Assembly (NCBI GenBank): GCA_016180235.1
Contig: JACPBQ010000002.1
Coordinates: 2,206-66,205 of the forward strand
Direction of reading: 5' to 3'
Length of the DNA stretch: 64,000 bases
DNA from: Candidatus Woesearchaeota archaeon
Lineage (GTDB): Archaea; Nanobdellota; Nanobdellia; Woesearchaeales; GW2011-AR4
Numbering within the stretch: position 1 is the stretch's first letter; each line of letters starts with the position of its first letter. Positions 38,187-48,967 of this stretch are shown here, piece by piece. Below the pieces are notes generated by a model. It worked only from the letters and a program-made list of their open reading frames with translations. It was not told where the DNA came from and did not search any database. Made by a program: the position numbers and the translations under genes.

Positions 38187-41100
38187 ATGGAAAAATATGA
38201 TCCTCTGAATCAGGAACCGGAAATATTGAAGTTCTGGAAAGACAATAAGCTGCATGAAAAAGCCAATCAGAAGAATGCAAAAGGCAAAAAGTTCTATTTC
38301 TGCGACGGGCCCCCATACACTTCCGGCAAGGTGCATCTTGGCACTGCATGGAACAAATCCCTGAAAGATTCCATTATCCGCTATAAGAGAATGCAGGGAT
38401 TTAACGTCCTGGACAGGGCAGGATACGACATGCATGGCCTGCCGACAGAGAATGCAGCAGAAAAAGAGCTCAAGATAAAAAACAAAGATGAAATCATGAA
38501 ATTTGGGGTTGACAAGTTCACAAAAGCCTGCAAGGACTTAAGCATAAGTAACCTTAAGATAATGAACCAGGACTTCATGCGCTTGGGCGTGTGGATGGAT
38601 TTTGAAAATGCATACCAGTCCGTGAGCAAAGAGTACATTGATGGCGAGTGGTGGCTTGTAAGGAAGGCGCACGATGCCAAAAGGCTTTATGAAGGCCTAA
38701 GGAGCATGGCATGGGACTGGAAAGACCAGACAGCCTTGGCAAAGCATGAGCTGGAATATAAGGATGTGAAAGACAAGTCAATTTTTGTAAAGATGCAGGT
38801 AAAAGGCAAAGAAAATGAGTTCCTGATAATCTGGACAACTACGCCATGGACAATAGCATTTAATCTGGGGATTATGGCTCATCCTGATTTTGAGTATGTA
38901 AAATGCAGAGTTGGAAGGGAATTCTGGATTGTCGCAAAGTCCCTTGCCTCTGTTTTCATTTCCGGAGTCGCTGGAAAAAAATTTGAGATAGTGGAGGAAT
39001 TCAGGGGCAGGGAGCTTGAAGGCATTGAATACGTTCATCCTTTTTTTAATGAGCTGAAGGAGCATTATGAAAGATTGAAGTCAAAGCACCCAAAAGTGCA
39101 TGCGGTTGTTTTAAGCGAGGAATATGTTGATACCAGCTCTGGCACAGGCTTGGTGCATATGGCCCCTGGCTGCGGTCCGGAAGATTATGAAGTTGGCCAC
39201 AGGAACAATATCCCGCCCTGGAATCTTGTCGAGGAAGATGGTGTTTATGGAAAAGCTATGGGAAAGTTTGCAGGAAGGCACGCAATAAAGGACAATTATT
39301 CTTTTGTAGAGGATTTGAAGGGAAAAAATGCAGTTGTGGGGGAAACAGAAGTTGAGCACTCCTATCCTCATGGCCAGAGGAGCCACCAGCCCGTCATATT
39401 CAGGACGACAAAGCAGTGGTTCTTTAAGGTCGAAGATATCAAGCAGGATATGATAAGGGAGAATAACGAGATAAAATGGGTTCCGACAGCAGGGTATAAT
39501 GCATTTAATTCCTGGCTGGAAAACTTAAGGGACAATTCAATTTCAAAGCAAAGGTATTGGGGCACTCCTGTTCCCATCTGGAGGAATATTGAGGATGAGG
39601 ATGATTATATTGTTATCGGCTCTATCCAAGAGCTGGAAGAATTATCGGGAAAAAAAGTCGATGAGCCGCATATACCCTGGATAGACAAGATTCTGATAGA
39701 AAAAAAAGGCAGGAAATACAAAAGGGTCCCGGATATCCTGGATGTTTGGGTAGATGCAGGCACAGCCTCATGGAATTCATTGAATTTCCCGCAAAACAAA
39801 GAAAACATGAAAAGGTATTTTCCCGCTGACTTCATTCTTGAGGGCAAGGACCAGATACGCGGATGGTTTAACCTGCTGCACGTCGCTTCAATGATTGCTT
39901 TAGGCAAAAAAAGCTTTGATGCTGCCTACATGCACGGTTTCATCAATGATGCGATGGGCAGGAAGATGTCCAAGAGCCTTGGAAATTATATTCTGCCTGA
40001 AGAAGTCATAGCAAAATACGGCGCTGACACCCTGAGGTATTACATGATTACCGGGGCAAATGCCGGGCTGGACCTGAACTATAATTTTGATGACATGAAG
40101 GTGAAGTACAGGAACCTTACAGTTTTGTGGAATATCCATAATTACATCATTGATTTGGCGAGGAACTCCGGCTTAAACCCAAAGGAAATTAAAATCAAAG
40201 CCGATGATATATCCATCGAGGAAAAATACATATTTTCAAAGCTCAACTCTGCAATAAGGAAAACAACAAAGCTGTATGACGGGTACAAGCTAAATGAGGC
40301 CCCTTTAATTGCTGAAGAATTGTTTTTGGCATTGAGCAGAATATATATCCAGATTACAAGGGAAAAATCAACGGACGAAAAAGCAAGGCAGGCAGTGTTA
40401 TATGCCATATACTATGTTTTTATGGGAATTTTGAAGCTGTTTGCCCCTGCCTCCCCTTTCATAACAGAAGCAATGTACCAGAATCTGAAGAAGGAATTTT
40501 CCCTGGAAGAGGAAAGCGTGCATCTTCTTGGCTGGCCGAAATGCATTGAGAAACTGATTAACAAAGGGTTAGAAGATGAGATGGACTCAATAAGCGAGGT
40601 TACCCAGTCGATATTGTCATTAAGGGAAAAGATAAGCATGGGCCAAAGATGGCCATTGCAGGAAGCCATTGTAGTTACAAAAGATGAGAAGACAATAAAA
40701 GCCGTTGAAAAGCTGAAAAGCATAATAAAAAGGCAGACCAATATAAAAGAGATAGAAATACAGCAGTCATTGCCAGGAATTAAAACAACAATAAAAGCGG
40801 ATTATTCGCAGCTGGGCCCGGATTTCGGAAAGAAGGCCCCGGAGATAATTGCAAAATTGATGGCAGAAAGCCCGGAAACTATCCTTAAGCATATAGAAAA
40901 AGACGGCAAATTCCCGTTAAAGATAGGCAAAGAAACTGTCAATATAGTCAAAGAGCATTTAATCGTGACAAGGAAAGTCCCTGAGCCGTATGTCGAAGGC
41001 TCGTTTAAATCCGGATTTGTTTATTTAAACAAGGACGTTGATGATGAGCTGGAAGCTGAGGGATTTGCCCGCGAACTTATGCGCCGCGTCCAGGCCCTGA

Positions 41101-41321
41101 GGAAGGAAGCCGGGCTGCAAAAGAAAGATAGGATAACACTGTTTGTAAAAACCGATGCCGAGCTTTCAAAGACACTTAATATCTTCCATGAAACAATCAA
41201 GGAGAAAGTTGGCGCAGAGCACATGACCATATCTGATTTAAATCCAAACAAAAAGCACAAATTCACTAGCAAAGAAAAGGTCAGGGACAGGAAGTTTGAA
41301 TTGTTCTTGGAGAAGGTTTAA
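38187..41321 (+). CDS. ileS: Isoleucyl-tRNA synthetase
   Basis: DGPPYTSGKVHLG, WTTTPWT, GTGLVH, EGKDQIRGWF, KMSKSLGN. Confidence 0.96.
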   Translation: MEKYDPLNQEPEILKFWKDNKLHEKANQKNAKGKKFYFCDGPPYTSGKVHLGTAWNKSLKDSIIRYKRMQGFNVLDRAGYDMHGLPTENAAEKELKIKNKDEIMKFGVDKFTKACKDLSISNLKIMNQDFMRLGVWMDFENAYQSVSKEYIDGEWWLVRKAHDAKRLYEGLRSMAWDWKDQTALAKHELEYKDVKDKSIFVKMQVKGKENEFLIIWTTTPWTIAFNLGIMAHPDFEYVKCRVGREFWIVAKSLASVFISGVAGKKFEIVEEFRGRELEGIEYVHPFFNELKEHYERLKSKHPKVHAVVLSEEYVDTSSGTGLVHMAPGCGPEDYEVGHRNNIPPWNLVEEDGVYGKAMGKFAGRHAIKDNYSFVEDLKGKNAVVGETEVEHSYPHGQRSHQPVIFRTTKQWFFKVEDIKQDMIRENNEIKWVPTAGYNAFNSWLENLRDNSISKQRYWGTPVPIWRNIEDEDDYIVIGSIQELEELSGKKVDEPHIPWIDKILIEKKGRKYKRVPDILDVWVDAGTASWNSLNFPQNKENMKRYFPADFILEGKDQIRGWFNLLHVASMIALGKKSFDAAYMHGFINDAMGRKMSKSLGNYILPEEVIAKYGADTLRYYMITGANAGLDLNYNFDDMKVKYRNLTVLWNIHNYIIDLARNSGLNPKEIKIKADDISIEEKYIFSKLNSAIRKTTKLYDGYKLNEAPLIAEELFLALSRIYIQITREKSTDEKARQAVLYAIYYVFMGILKLFAPASPFITEAMYQNLKKEFSLEEESVHLLGWPKCIEKLINKGLEDEMDSISEVTQSILSLREKISMGQRWPLQEAIVVTKDEKTIKAVEKLKSIIKRQTNIKEIEIQQSLPGIKTTIKADYSQLGPDFGKKAPEIIAKLMAESPETILKHIEKDGKFPLKIGKETVNIVKEHLIVTRKVPEPYVEGSFKSGFVYLNKDVDDELEAEGFARELMRRVQALRKEAGLQKKDRITLFVKTDAELSKTLNIFHETIKEKVGAEHMTISDLNPNKKHKFTSKEKVRDRKFELFLEKV

Positions 41322-41361
41322 TCAAAACCTATAAATACTACTAAATTCTTAAAATGTTTAG

Positions 41362-41817
41362 ATGCCAAAAACAATCTCAAGAGAAATTCCATTAGCTGAA
41401 ATAACCTTAAGAAGGTATGAGAAGCCCTCTAAAGTTTCTGAAAGGGAACTGGTAAGGAAGCTATGCCTGTCAATTGGCCTTTTGCAGCCTGGAGACAGTA
41501 GAGACATAATTGTTGACATTCTTCATGTTCTAATCAAAGCAAAAAAACAGAAAAAAGAGCTGTCAAGCGATGAAATAGAAAAAGAAGTCATTGAAGCAAG
41601 AAAAAAACAGAAGCTGGCTTTGCACGGCATTGCTTCCTCAAACATAAGAAGGCAGTTAAAGAGATTAAGGGATTTATTCATAGTTGAGAAAGTAAAGAAT
41701 AATTACAGGATTAATGAGTTTGATGAGCTCGGAAATATTTTCAATGAGAAAATAAGCAAATTCTATATCAGCTCTATTGTTGACAGGGTGAAGGATTATT
41801 TTGAGGCTTTTAAGTAA
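41362..41817 (+). CDS. Conserved hypothetical protein with winged-helix-like C-terminus
   Basis: EITLRRYEKP, CLSIGLLQPGDSRD, SNIRRQLKRLRD. Confidence 0.7.
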   Translation: MPKTISREIPLAEITLRRYEKPSKVSERELVRKLCLSIGLLQPGDSRDIIVDILHVLIKAKKQKKELSSDEIEKEVIEARKKQKLALHGIASSNIRRQLKRLRDLFIVEKVKNNYRINEFDELGNIFNEKISKFYISSIVDRVKDYFEAFK

Positions 41818-42244
41818 GGCTTATTTTTCTTTCCCCAAGGCTCGCAGGATGAGGAACATAAAATTCAACCCAGGGATAATCCTCTTTAAACCTAAAAAAA
41901 TCTCTCTTTAGGTATATAGAATCCGTTTTTTCCCCGCTGTTGACATCGGGAGACAGCCTAACTATGCCTACAGCATCAGAAAACCAGCCGGCCATATACC
42001 TAAATTTGATATTGGCTTGGTCATATGCAGAAAGTATTATTTCTTTGCCCCTGCTATACCCGTAAGGAAGTGCCTGTTGTCCGAGTTTATATCCTTTTTT
42101 TGCCCTTTTTTTCACTTCACTAAAGACACTATCTGCAATATTAGGATCCGACAAACGTTCCCTAATACCGGGTAAATCTATTCTACCGGCCAATAAATTA
42201 TCTATTGTAGGCTGATTTTCAGCCTCGCTAGCAGTAGGGACCAT
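41810..42244 (-). CDS. Hypothetical protein
   Basis: 144-aa ORF; no family recognised. Confidence 0.5.
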   Translation of the reverse strand: MVPTASEAENQPTIDNLLAGRIDLPGIRERLSDPNIADSVFSEVKKRAKKGYKLGQQALPYGYSRGKEIILSAYDQANIKFRYMAGWFSDAVGIVRLSPDVNSGEKTDSIYLKRDFFRFKEDYPWVEFYVPHPASLGERKISLT

Positions 42245-42395
42245 TCTTAAAAGTGATTAATCATCTGTATAAAAAATAAGCGAAAATTATAGGCTATAAT
42301 TATAATTCATTAGTAGCGAATATACCGAAAAACTTATAAACCAAAACCTATTCCTTTATATATTAGGCCTTGCCTAGTGCTAAACTATTTTCTAA

Positions 42396-43391
<996 letters not shown>

Positions 43392-43400
43392 CACCTAGTT

Positions 43401-43450
43401 TCGGGATGCCGCAGGCATCCCCAGACGCTAGTGTGCAGGCATGCACAAAA
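43401..43450. repeat. 50-nt two-hairpin element, copy 2
   Basis: 48/50 identical to 4343-4392; fills the pyrB-pyrI gap and abuts the pyrI ATG. Confidence 0.85.
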
Positions 43451-43902
43451 TGAAAAAGGAAGTAAGCATATCGGCAATAAAGGAAGGGACTGTTATAGAC
43501 CATATTCCAAGCAATGTGACATTAAAGGTAGCTGAAATACTCAATCTTGATGATGTTGCAGGAATAATATCAATAGCCACTAACCTTCCAAGCAAGAAAA
43601 TGGCCAAGAAAGGCATAGTGAAAATAGGAGACAAGCTATTAACGCAGGATGAAGTCAATAAAATAGCAGTCATAGCCCCTGATGCCACGGTTAATATAAT
43701 AGAAAATTATAATGTAAAAAGAAAACTAAAAGTTTTATTGCCAGATATAATAGAAAAAATAGTCAAGTGCTCAAATCCAAACTGCATAACAAACAATGAA
43801 AAGGCAGAAACAAGGTTTTATGTTCTCAATAAGACTCCTTTGAAATTAAAGTGCCATTATTGCGAAAGGGCAATGAATAAGGAAGATATAGTGCTTTTGT
43901 AA
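43450..43902 (+). CDS. pyrI: Aspartate carbamoyltransferase regulatory subunit
   Basis: AIKEGTVIDHIP, CSNPNCITN, CHYCE. Confidence 0.95.
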   Translation: MKKEVSISAIKEGTVIDHIPSNVTLKVAEILNLDDVAGIISIATNLPSKKMAKKGIVKIGDKLLTQDEVNKIAVIAPDATVNIIENYNVKRKLKVLLPDIIEKIVKCSNPNCITNNEKAETRFYVLNKTPLKLKCHYCERAMNKEDIVLL

Positions 43903-43905
43903 AAA

Positions 43906-44808
43906 ATGCTTAATGTCAATTTATGCGGGATAAAGCTACGCAACCCGACTATTTTAGCTTCCGGGATTCTTGGGGTGACAAAAGAGTCTGTCAATAGAAT
44001 AGGAAAAAACGGAGCAGGAGCAGTAACATTAAAATCATTGTGCCACGAGGAAAGAAAAGGAAACGCAAATCCGACAATGTTTGGCTATGATGATGTTTTC
44101 TTCAATGCAGTTGGATTGCCGGGCCAGGGAATTGATAATGCGCTAAAGGACTTCAAGACTCTAAACAATCTAAGCATTCCTGTGATTGGCAGCATCTATG
44201 GCTACAGGATTGAGCATTTCGGCCAGGTAGCTAAAAAAATGGCTTCGTTAAGGCCCGCTATGATTGAGATAGACATTTCATGCCCTCACATGGATTATGG
44301 AAAGCCTTACTATGCTGATCCTGAATTGACTGCAAAAGTAACAAGGGAAGTAAAAAACAATGCAGGAAAAATCCCAGTAAGCGTCAAATTAAGCCCGAAT
44401 GTCTATGATATTAAGGAAATAGCAGTTGCAGCAGAAAAAGCAGGGGCAGATGCAATAACCGCAATCAACACAGCTACAGGCATGGCCATAGACATAGATG
44501 CAAGAAAGCCTGTATTGGCAAATAAAATTGGGGGAATTTCAGGCCCTGCTCTAAAGCCAATTGCTGTAAGATGCGTCTATGAAATCCATGAAGCAGTAAA
44601 AATCCCGATAATAGGCACTGGAGGAGTAACTTACGGCAAAGATGCGATTGAAATGGTAATGGCAGGAGCCACAGCAGTCGGCATTGGGACTGGAATTTAT
44701 TACAGAGGCCTGGATGTTTTCAAAAAAGTATGCGATGAGATGGAAGTATGGATGAAAAAGAACAGAATAAAGAATTTAGAGGAAATAAGGGGGATTGCGC
44801 ATAAATAA
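43906..44808 (+). CDS. pyrD: Dihydroorotate dehydrogenase 1B catalytic subunit
   Basis: NPTILASG, SCPH, KLSPN, GGISGPALKP. Confidence 0.93.
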   Translation: MLNVNLCGIKLRNPTILASGILGVTKESVNRIGKNGAGAVTLKSLCHEERKGNANPTMFGYDDVFFNAVGLPGQGIDNALKDFKTLNNLSIPVIGSIYGYRIEHFGQVAKKMASLRPAMIEIDISCPHMDYGKPYYADPELTAKVTREVKNNAGKIPVSVKLSPNVYDIKEIAVAAEKAGADAITAINTATGMAIDIDARKPVLANKIGGISGPALKPIAVRCVYEIHEAVKIPIIGTGGVTYGKDAIEMVMAGATAVGIGTGIYYRGLDVFKKVCDEMEVWMKKNRIKNLEEIRGIAHK

Positions 44809-44809
44809 C

Positions 44810-45622
44810 ATGGAAAAAGACAATTGCTGCAGAACTGAAATCCCAAAAATAATGGAAATATTTAAAGTAGTGAATGAAGGCAAAGGCCAAAAATCTTTCT
44901 TTTTCAAAGGAAAAATCGATTCAAAGCCGGGGCAATTTGTCATGGTATGGCTTCCTGATGTTGATGAAAAGCCGATGGCAATATCATACTGGAATAAAAA
45001 TGAATTTGCCTTTACTTCACAGGTTGTCGGGAAATTTACAACATATTTAGACTCTTTGAAAAAAGGCGATAAAATCGGAATAAGGGGCCCTTACGGCAAT
45101 AATTTCTCGATTAAAGGCAATGCGTGCGTTGTAGCCGGAGGAGTAGGGGTGTCTTCTGTCTCAACTTTGATTGACTCATTGAAAAATCCGTTGATAATTT
45201 ACGGCGCAAGGACAAAACAGCATCTGATTTACTTAAAAAGGTACAAGAATAAAAAAATGCTCATAGCGACAGATGACGGCAGTCATGGAAGAAAAGGCTA
45301 TACAACGGATTTATTGAATGAAGTTCTAAGCAAAAATAGTAAAATAAAAATGGTCTATACCTGCGGCCCGGAAATAATGATGAAAAAAGTGTTAGATATA
45401 TGTAATAGTTATAAGATTGAATGCGAGGCTTCTGTTGAAAGAATGATGAAATGCGCGTATGGCGTTTGCGGAGCTTGCATGATTAACGACAAGATAGTCT
45501 GCATGGACGGCCCTGTTTTTAATTCAAAGCAGCTTAATGCAATGCCAGAATTCGGCAGTTTTGCAAGGGCAAAAACAGGAAAGAGAGTAAGTTTGCATGA
45601 ATACCATTCGATCCATTCATAA
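44810..45622 (+). CDS. pyrK: Dihydroorotate dehydrogenase electron-transfer subunit
   Basis: PGQFVMVW, RGPYGN, CGPEIMM, MKCAYGVCGAC...CMDGPVF. Confidence 0.93.
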   Translation: MEKDNCCRTEIPKIMEIFKVVNEGKGQKSFFFKGKIDSKPGQFVMVWLPDVDEKPMAISYWNKNEFAFTSQVVGKFTTYLDSLKKGDKIGIRGPYGNNFSIKGNACVVAGGVGVSSVSTLIDSLKNPLIIYGARTKQHLIYLKRYKNKKMLIATDDGSHGRKGYTTDLLNEVLSKNSKIKMVYTCGPEIMMKKVLDICNSYKIECEASVERMMKCAYGVCGACMINDKIVCMDGPVFNSKQLNAMPEFGSFARAKTGKRVSLHEYHSIHS

Positions 45623-45624
45623 AA

Positions 45625-46824
45625 ATGTCATTATTAATAAAAAACGGGAAAATCTACCGGAATAGCAGTTTAACTAGAAAAAACATTTTCATAAAGCAAG
45701 GCAAAATAGCAAAAATCACTTCTCAAAATTTAAAGGCAGAAAAAATCATTGATGCCAAAAACAAGATAATAATACCCGGACTGATAGACTCCCACGTCCA
45801 TTTTCGCGAGCCCGGTGCAACGCACAAGGAAGACTTCCTTACCGGAAGCATGGCAGCGGCTGCAGGAGGAATAACAACCATACTGGATATGCCAAACACT
45901 AATCCGCCAACAACTGATTTGCAAAGGCTGGAGGAAAAAAGGCAATTGGCAAAAAAAAGCGTTGTAAATTATGGCTTCCATTTCGGCTCGACAGATGACA
46001 ATATTGCAGACATAGGGAAAGCAAAGAATGTAGCATCGGTAAAAGTCTATATGGACTTTACAACTGGCGACCTAAAGCTTGATGACTACGAAATTTTGAA
46101 AAAAATATTCACAAGCAACAAGACGGTAGCCGTTCACGGGGAAAATGAGAATATAATAAAGGCCCTGGAGCTCATACAGCATTCAAAAAATCATTTGTAT
46201 TTGTGCCATGTAAGCTCAAAGGAGGAATTGCATTATGCAAAGAGGCAAAAGATAAAAAATAAGGTTTTTGTTGAAACATGCCCGCATTATTTATTCCTCA
46301 CAGCCGGGGATATCAATGAGCTTGGAAACTTTGCGGAAATGAAGCCGGGATTAAAGACTAAAGAAGATCAAAAGGCATTATGGGAAGGCATCCATAACGG
46401 AAAAGTTGACACAATAGCCACAGATCATGCCCCACATACTAAAGAGGAGAAAATGCAGGCAAATTATCCTTATGGCGTGCCTGGCTGCGAGACCATGCTT
46501 CCATTGCTGTTAAATGCATTAAATGAAAAAAGAATAGAATTAAAAAAAATTGTGCAATTATGCTGCGAAAATCCCGCTGCTATATTCAAAATAAAAAACA
46601 AGGGCCGCATAAAAGAAGGGTATGATGCTGACTTAACTATTATTGATCTAGATTTAAAGAAAGAAGTAAAAAATGAAAATCTGCTTACAAAATGCAGATG
46701 GAGCCCGTTTGACAGCTGGAATCTGAAAGGCTGGCCTGTTATGACAGTAGTCAACGGCAATGTAATATTCAGCAATGGAAAGATTAATAATATAAAAGCC
46801 AAAGAGGTCCAATACCATGAATAA
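45625..46824 (+). CDS. pyrC: Dihydroorotase
   Basis: PGLIDSHVHFREPG, DMPNTNP, ATDHAPH. Confidence 0.93.
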   Translation: MSLLIKNGKIYRNSSLTRKNIFIKQGKIAKITSQNLKAEKIIDAKNKIIIPGLIDSHVHFREPGATHKEDFLTGSMAAAAGGITTILDMPNTNPPTTDLQRLEEKRQLAKKSVVNYGFHFGSTDDNIADIGKAKNVASVKVYMDFTTGDLKLDDYEILKKIFTSNKTVAVHGENENIIKALELIQHSKNHLYLCHVSSKEELHYAKRQKIKNKVFVETCPHYLFLTAGDINELGNFAEMKPGLKTKEDQKALWEGIHNGKVDTIATDHAPHTKEEKMQANYPYGVPGCETMLPLLLNALNEKRIELKKIVQLCCENPAAIFKIKNKGRIKEGYDADLTIIDLDLKKEVKNENLLTKCRWSPFDSWNLKGWPVMTVVNGNVIFSNGKINNIKAKEVQYHE

Positions 46825-47443
46825 GGAAGAGACAGCAAAAAACTTGCTGAAAATAAAAGCAGTTACTTTAAGGACTAATCCGCCTTACAAGTGGGTATCC
46901 GGCATTTTGGCCCCTGTCTACACGGACAACAGGCTCCTGATGTCTTATCCAAAAGAAAGGGAAGAAGTAGTGGATAGTTTTGTAAAAGCAATAAAGGACA
47001 ACAAAATAAAAGTTGATGTTGTAGCAGGAATTGCAACCTCCGGAATTCCTTGGGCTGCATGGGTTGCTGAAAAACTAAAAATTCCAATGGTCTACATAAG
47101 GAAAAAATCCAAAGACCACGGGAAGGAAAATCTGATTGAAGGCAAGCTTGAAAAGGGAAATAATGTTGCCATAATAGAAGATCTTATCTCCACAGGAGGC
47201 TCATCAATAAATGGTGTGGAAGCTGTCAGGCATGCAGGATGCAAAGTGGGTTATTGCCTCGCTATCTTTACATATGAGCTAGAAAAAGCCAAAAAGTCAT
47301 TTGAAAAAGCCAAAGTCAAGCTGATTACGCTGACAAATTTTTCAACCCTTGTTAATGTTGCAGTAAAGCAAGATTATTTGAATGAAAGTGACAGGGAAAA
47401 TGTCCTTGAATGGGCAAAAAATCCTGAAAAATGGGGAAGATAA
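46817..47443 (+). CDS. pyrE: Orotate phosphoribosyltransferase
   Basis: YTDNR, RKKSKDHG, IIEDLISTGGS. Confidence 0.95.
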   Translation: MNKEETAKNLLKIKAVTLRTNPPYKWVSGILAPVYTDNRLLMSYPKEREEVVDSFVKAIKDNKIKVDVVAGIATSGIPWAAWVAEKLKIPMVYIRKKSKDHGKENLIEGKLEKGNNVAIIEDLISTGGSSINGVEAVRHAGCKVGYCLAIFTYELEKAKKSFEKAKVKLITLTNFSTLVNVAVKQDYLNESDRENVLEWAKNPEKWGR

Positions 47444-47519
47444 GATGTCCATTACGAAAAAGCCAATAATAAAAATAACAATAAAAAATAATCAAAAATA
47501 AATAAAACAATAATAAAAA

Positions 47520-48221
47520 ATGACCATAATAAAAACCAATAAAAGCATAATCCCAAGCTGTGATGTCCCTGATTTGGAAAGGTTAAAAGTTCTTGTCAAG
47601 GAAACCTGTTCTGTAAAGGGTATAGGAGCCTATAAGATAGGATTGGAACTAGGCCTAAAATATGGCATTCCAACAACAGTAAAAACAATCAGGAGATATA
47701 CTAAATTACCTATCATCTACGACCATCAAAAAGCCGGCAATGATATTCCGGAATTAGGAGAAAAATTTGCAAAATCTGTTAAAGGGGTCAATGCAGTGAT
47801 ATTATTCCCTTTCACAGGCCCAGAAACAGAAAAAGCATGGATAAAAGCATGCAGAAACGCAAAGCTCGGAGTTATAGTTGGCGGCGAGATGACCCACAAG
47901 GGATTTTCCGAAGAGGAAGGAGGCTTTATCAGCAACAAGGAATCATTGAAAATCTATGAGATTGCTGCAAAAGAAGGCATTAAGGATTTCGTAGTTCCTG
48001 GCAACAAGCCGGAGAAAATAAGGCTGTACAGGGCATTTTTGGAGGCCCGCGGCATTAAGCCTGTATTCTATTCCCCGGGATTGATTACTCAAGGAGGCAA
48101 CATAACAGAAAGCGCAAAAGCCGCAGGAAAAAGCTGGCATGCAATAGTGGGAAGAGCATTATACGAAGCTAAAAATATGAATAAGGCTGCTAAAGAGATG
48201 GTAAGGATTTTAATGCAATAA
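47520..48221 (+). CDS. pyrF: Orotidine 5'-phosphate decarboxylase (divergent)
   Basis: Last gene of the pyr operon; YKIG, DHQKAGNDIP, SPG...QGG, IVGRALY. Confidence 0.82.
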   Translation: MTIIKTNKSIIPSCDVPDLERLKVLVKETCSVKGIGAYKIGLELGLKYGIPTTVKTIRRYTKLPIIYDHQKAGNDIPELGEKFAKSVKGVNAVILFPFTGPETEKAWIKACRNAKLGVIVGGEMTHKGFSEEEGGFISNKESLKIYEIAAKEGIKDFVVPGNKPEKIRLYRAFLEARGIKPVFYSPGLITQGGNITESAKAAGKSWHAIVGRALYEAKNMNKAAKEMVRILMQ

Positions 48222-48257
48222 TAAAAGTTTAAATAATGATTGATAACTCTTTCTTCC

Positions 48258-48797
48258 ATGAAAATCTCAGTATGCGGCGCAAGCGATGGCGCGAATAACG
48301 ATGAAATAAGGAAAAAAGCCTTTGAAATCGGCAAAGCCCTCGCAGAGAGCAATGTTTTAGTCCTGACAGGCGCAACTTACGGCTATCCTCATGCAGCCGC
48401 AAAAGGCGCTTTTTCCAATAACGGAAAGGTCATGGGAATAAGCCCTGCCAAGGATGAAAAAGAGCATATTAACAAATATAAATTCCCGACTGATAGCCAT
48501 ACTCAAATAGAATTTACAGGCCTGGGCATACCGGGAAGAAATTACCCGCTAGTCAAAGAAGGGGGTGCTGTAATCATAATTTCAGGCCAAATCGGCACTT
48601 TAAATGAGTTTACCATGGCCTTCCATGCAAATAAGCCAATAGGCATACTAAAAGACTCTGGCGGCATAACGGATATTATAGAAAAAATAGCCGAAATCTG
48701 CAACAAGAGCGATGAAAAGGAAAACATTGTTTATTCTGATGATCCAAAAGAGCTGGTGCAGCTGGTTATAGATAAATTAAAAAACAGCGCAAAATAA
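48258..48797 (+). CDS. LOG/SLOG family protein (TIGR00725-like)
   Basis: IGKALAE, LTGA..G, GRN, GTLNEF motifs. Confidence 0.82.
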   Translation: MKISVCGASDGANNDEIRKKAFEIGKALAESNVLVLTGATYGYPHAAAKGAFSNNGKVMGISPAKDEKEHINKYKFPTDSHTQIEFTGLGIPGRNYPLVKEGGAVIIISGQIGTLNEFTMAFHANKPIGILKDSGGITDIIEKIAEICNKSDEKENIVYSDDPKELVQLVIDKLKNSAK

Positions 48798-48809
48798 CGT
48801 TTTCTTTAT

Positions 48810-48953
48810 GGGCCCGTGGTCTAATCCGGCATGACGTTTCCTTCGCAGGGAAAAGACTCCGGGATGCTCGAAATTAGTTTTTCGGCACGGAAATTCAAAT
48901 ATCCCAGAGGGAGACTGCAAATCCATTGGGTTTTGAGAGTCCCGGCGGGTCCA
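48810..48953 (+). tRNA. tRNA-Ala(CGC) with two introns (53/54 and 59/60)
   Basis: GGGCCCG/CGGGTCC acceptor stem with G3:U70, anticodon arm TTTCC-TTCGCAG-GGAAA, T stem CCGGG/CCCGG. BHB introns at 48864-48893 and 48900-48939. Confidence 0.92.
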
Positions 48954-48967
48954 TTTCAATTTCAAAA

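Noticed and set aside
47444..47519. A-rich pyrE-pyrF spacer resembling degenerate copies of the pyrF start
   Set aside because: Too low in complexity to separate duplication from chance by eye.
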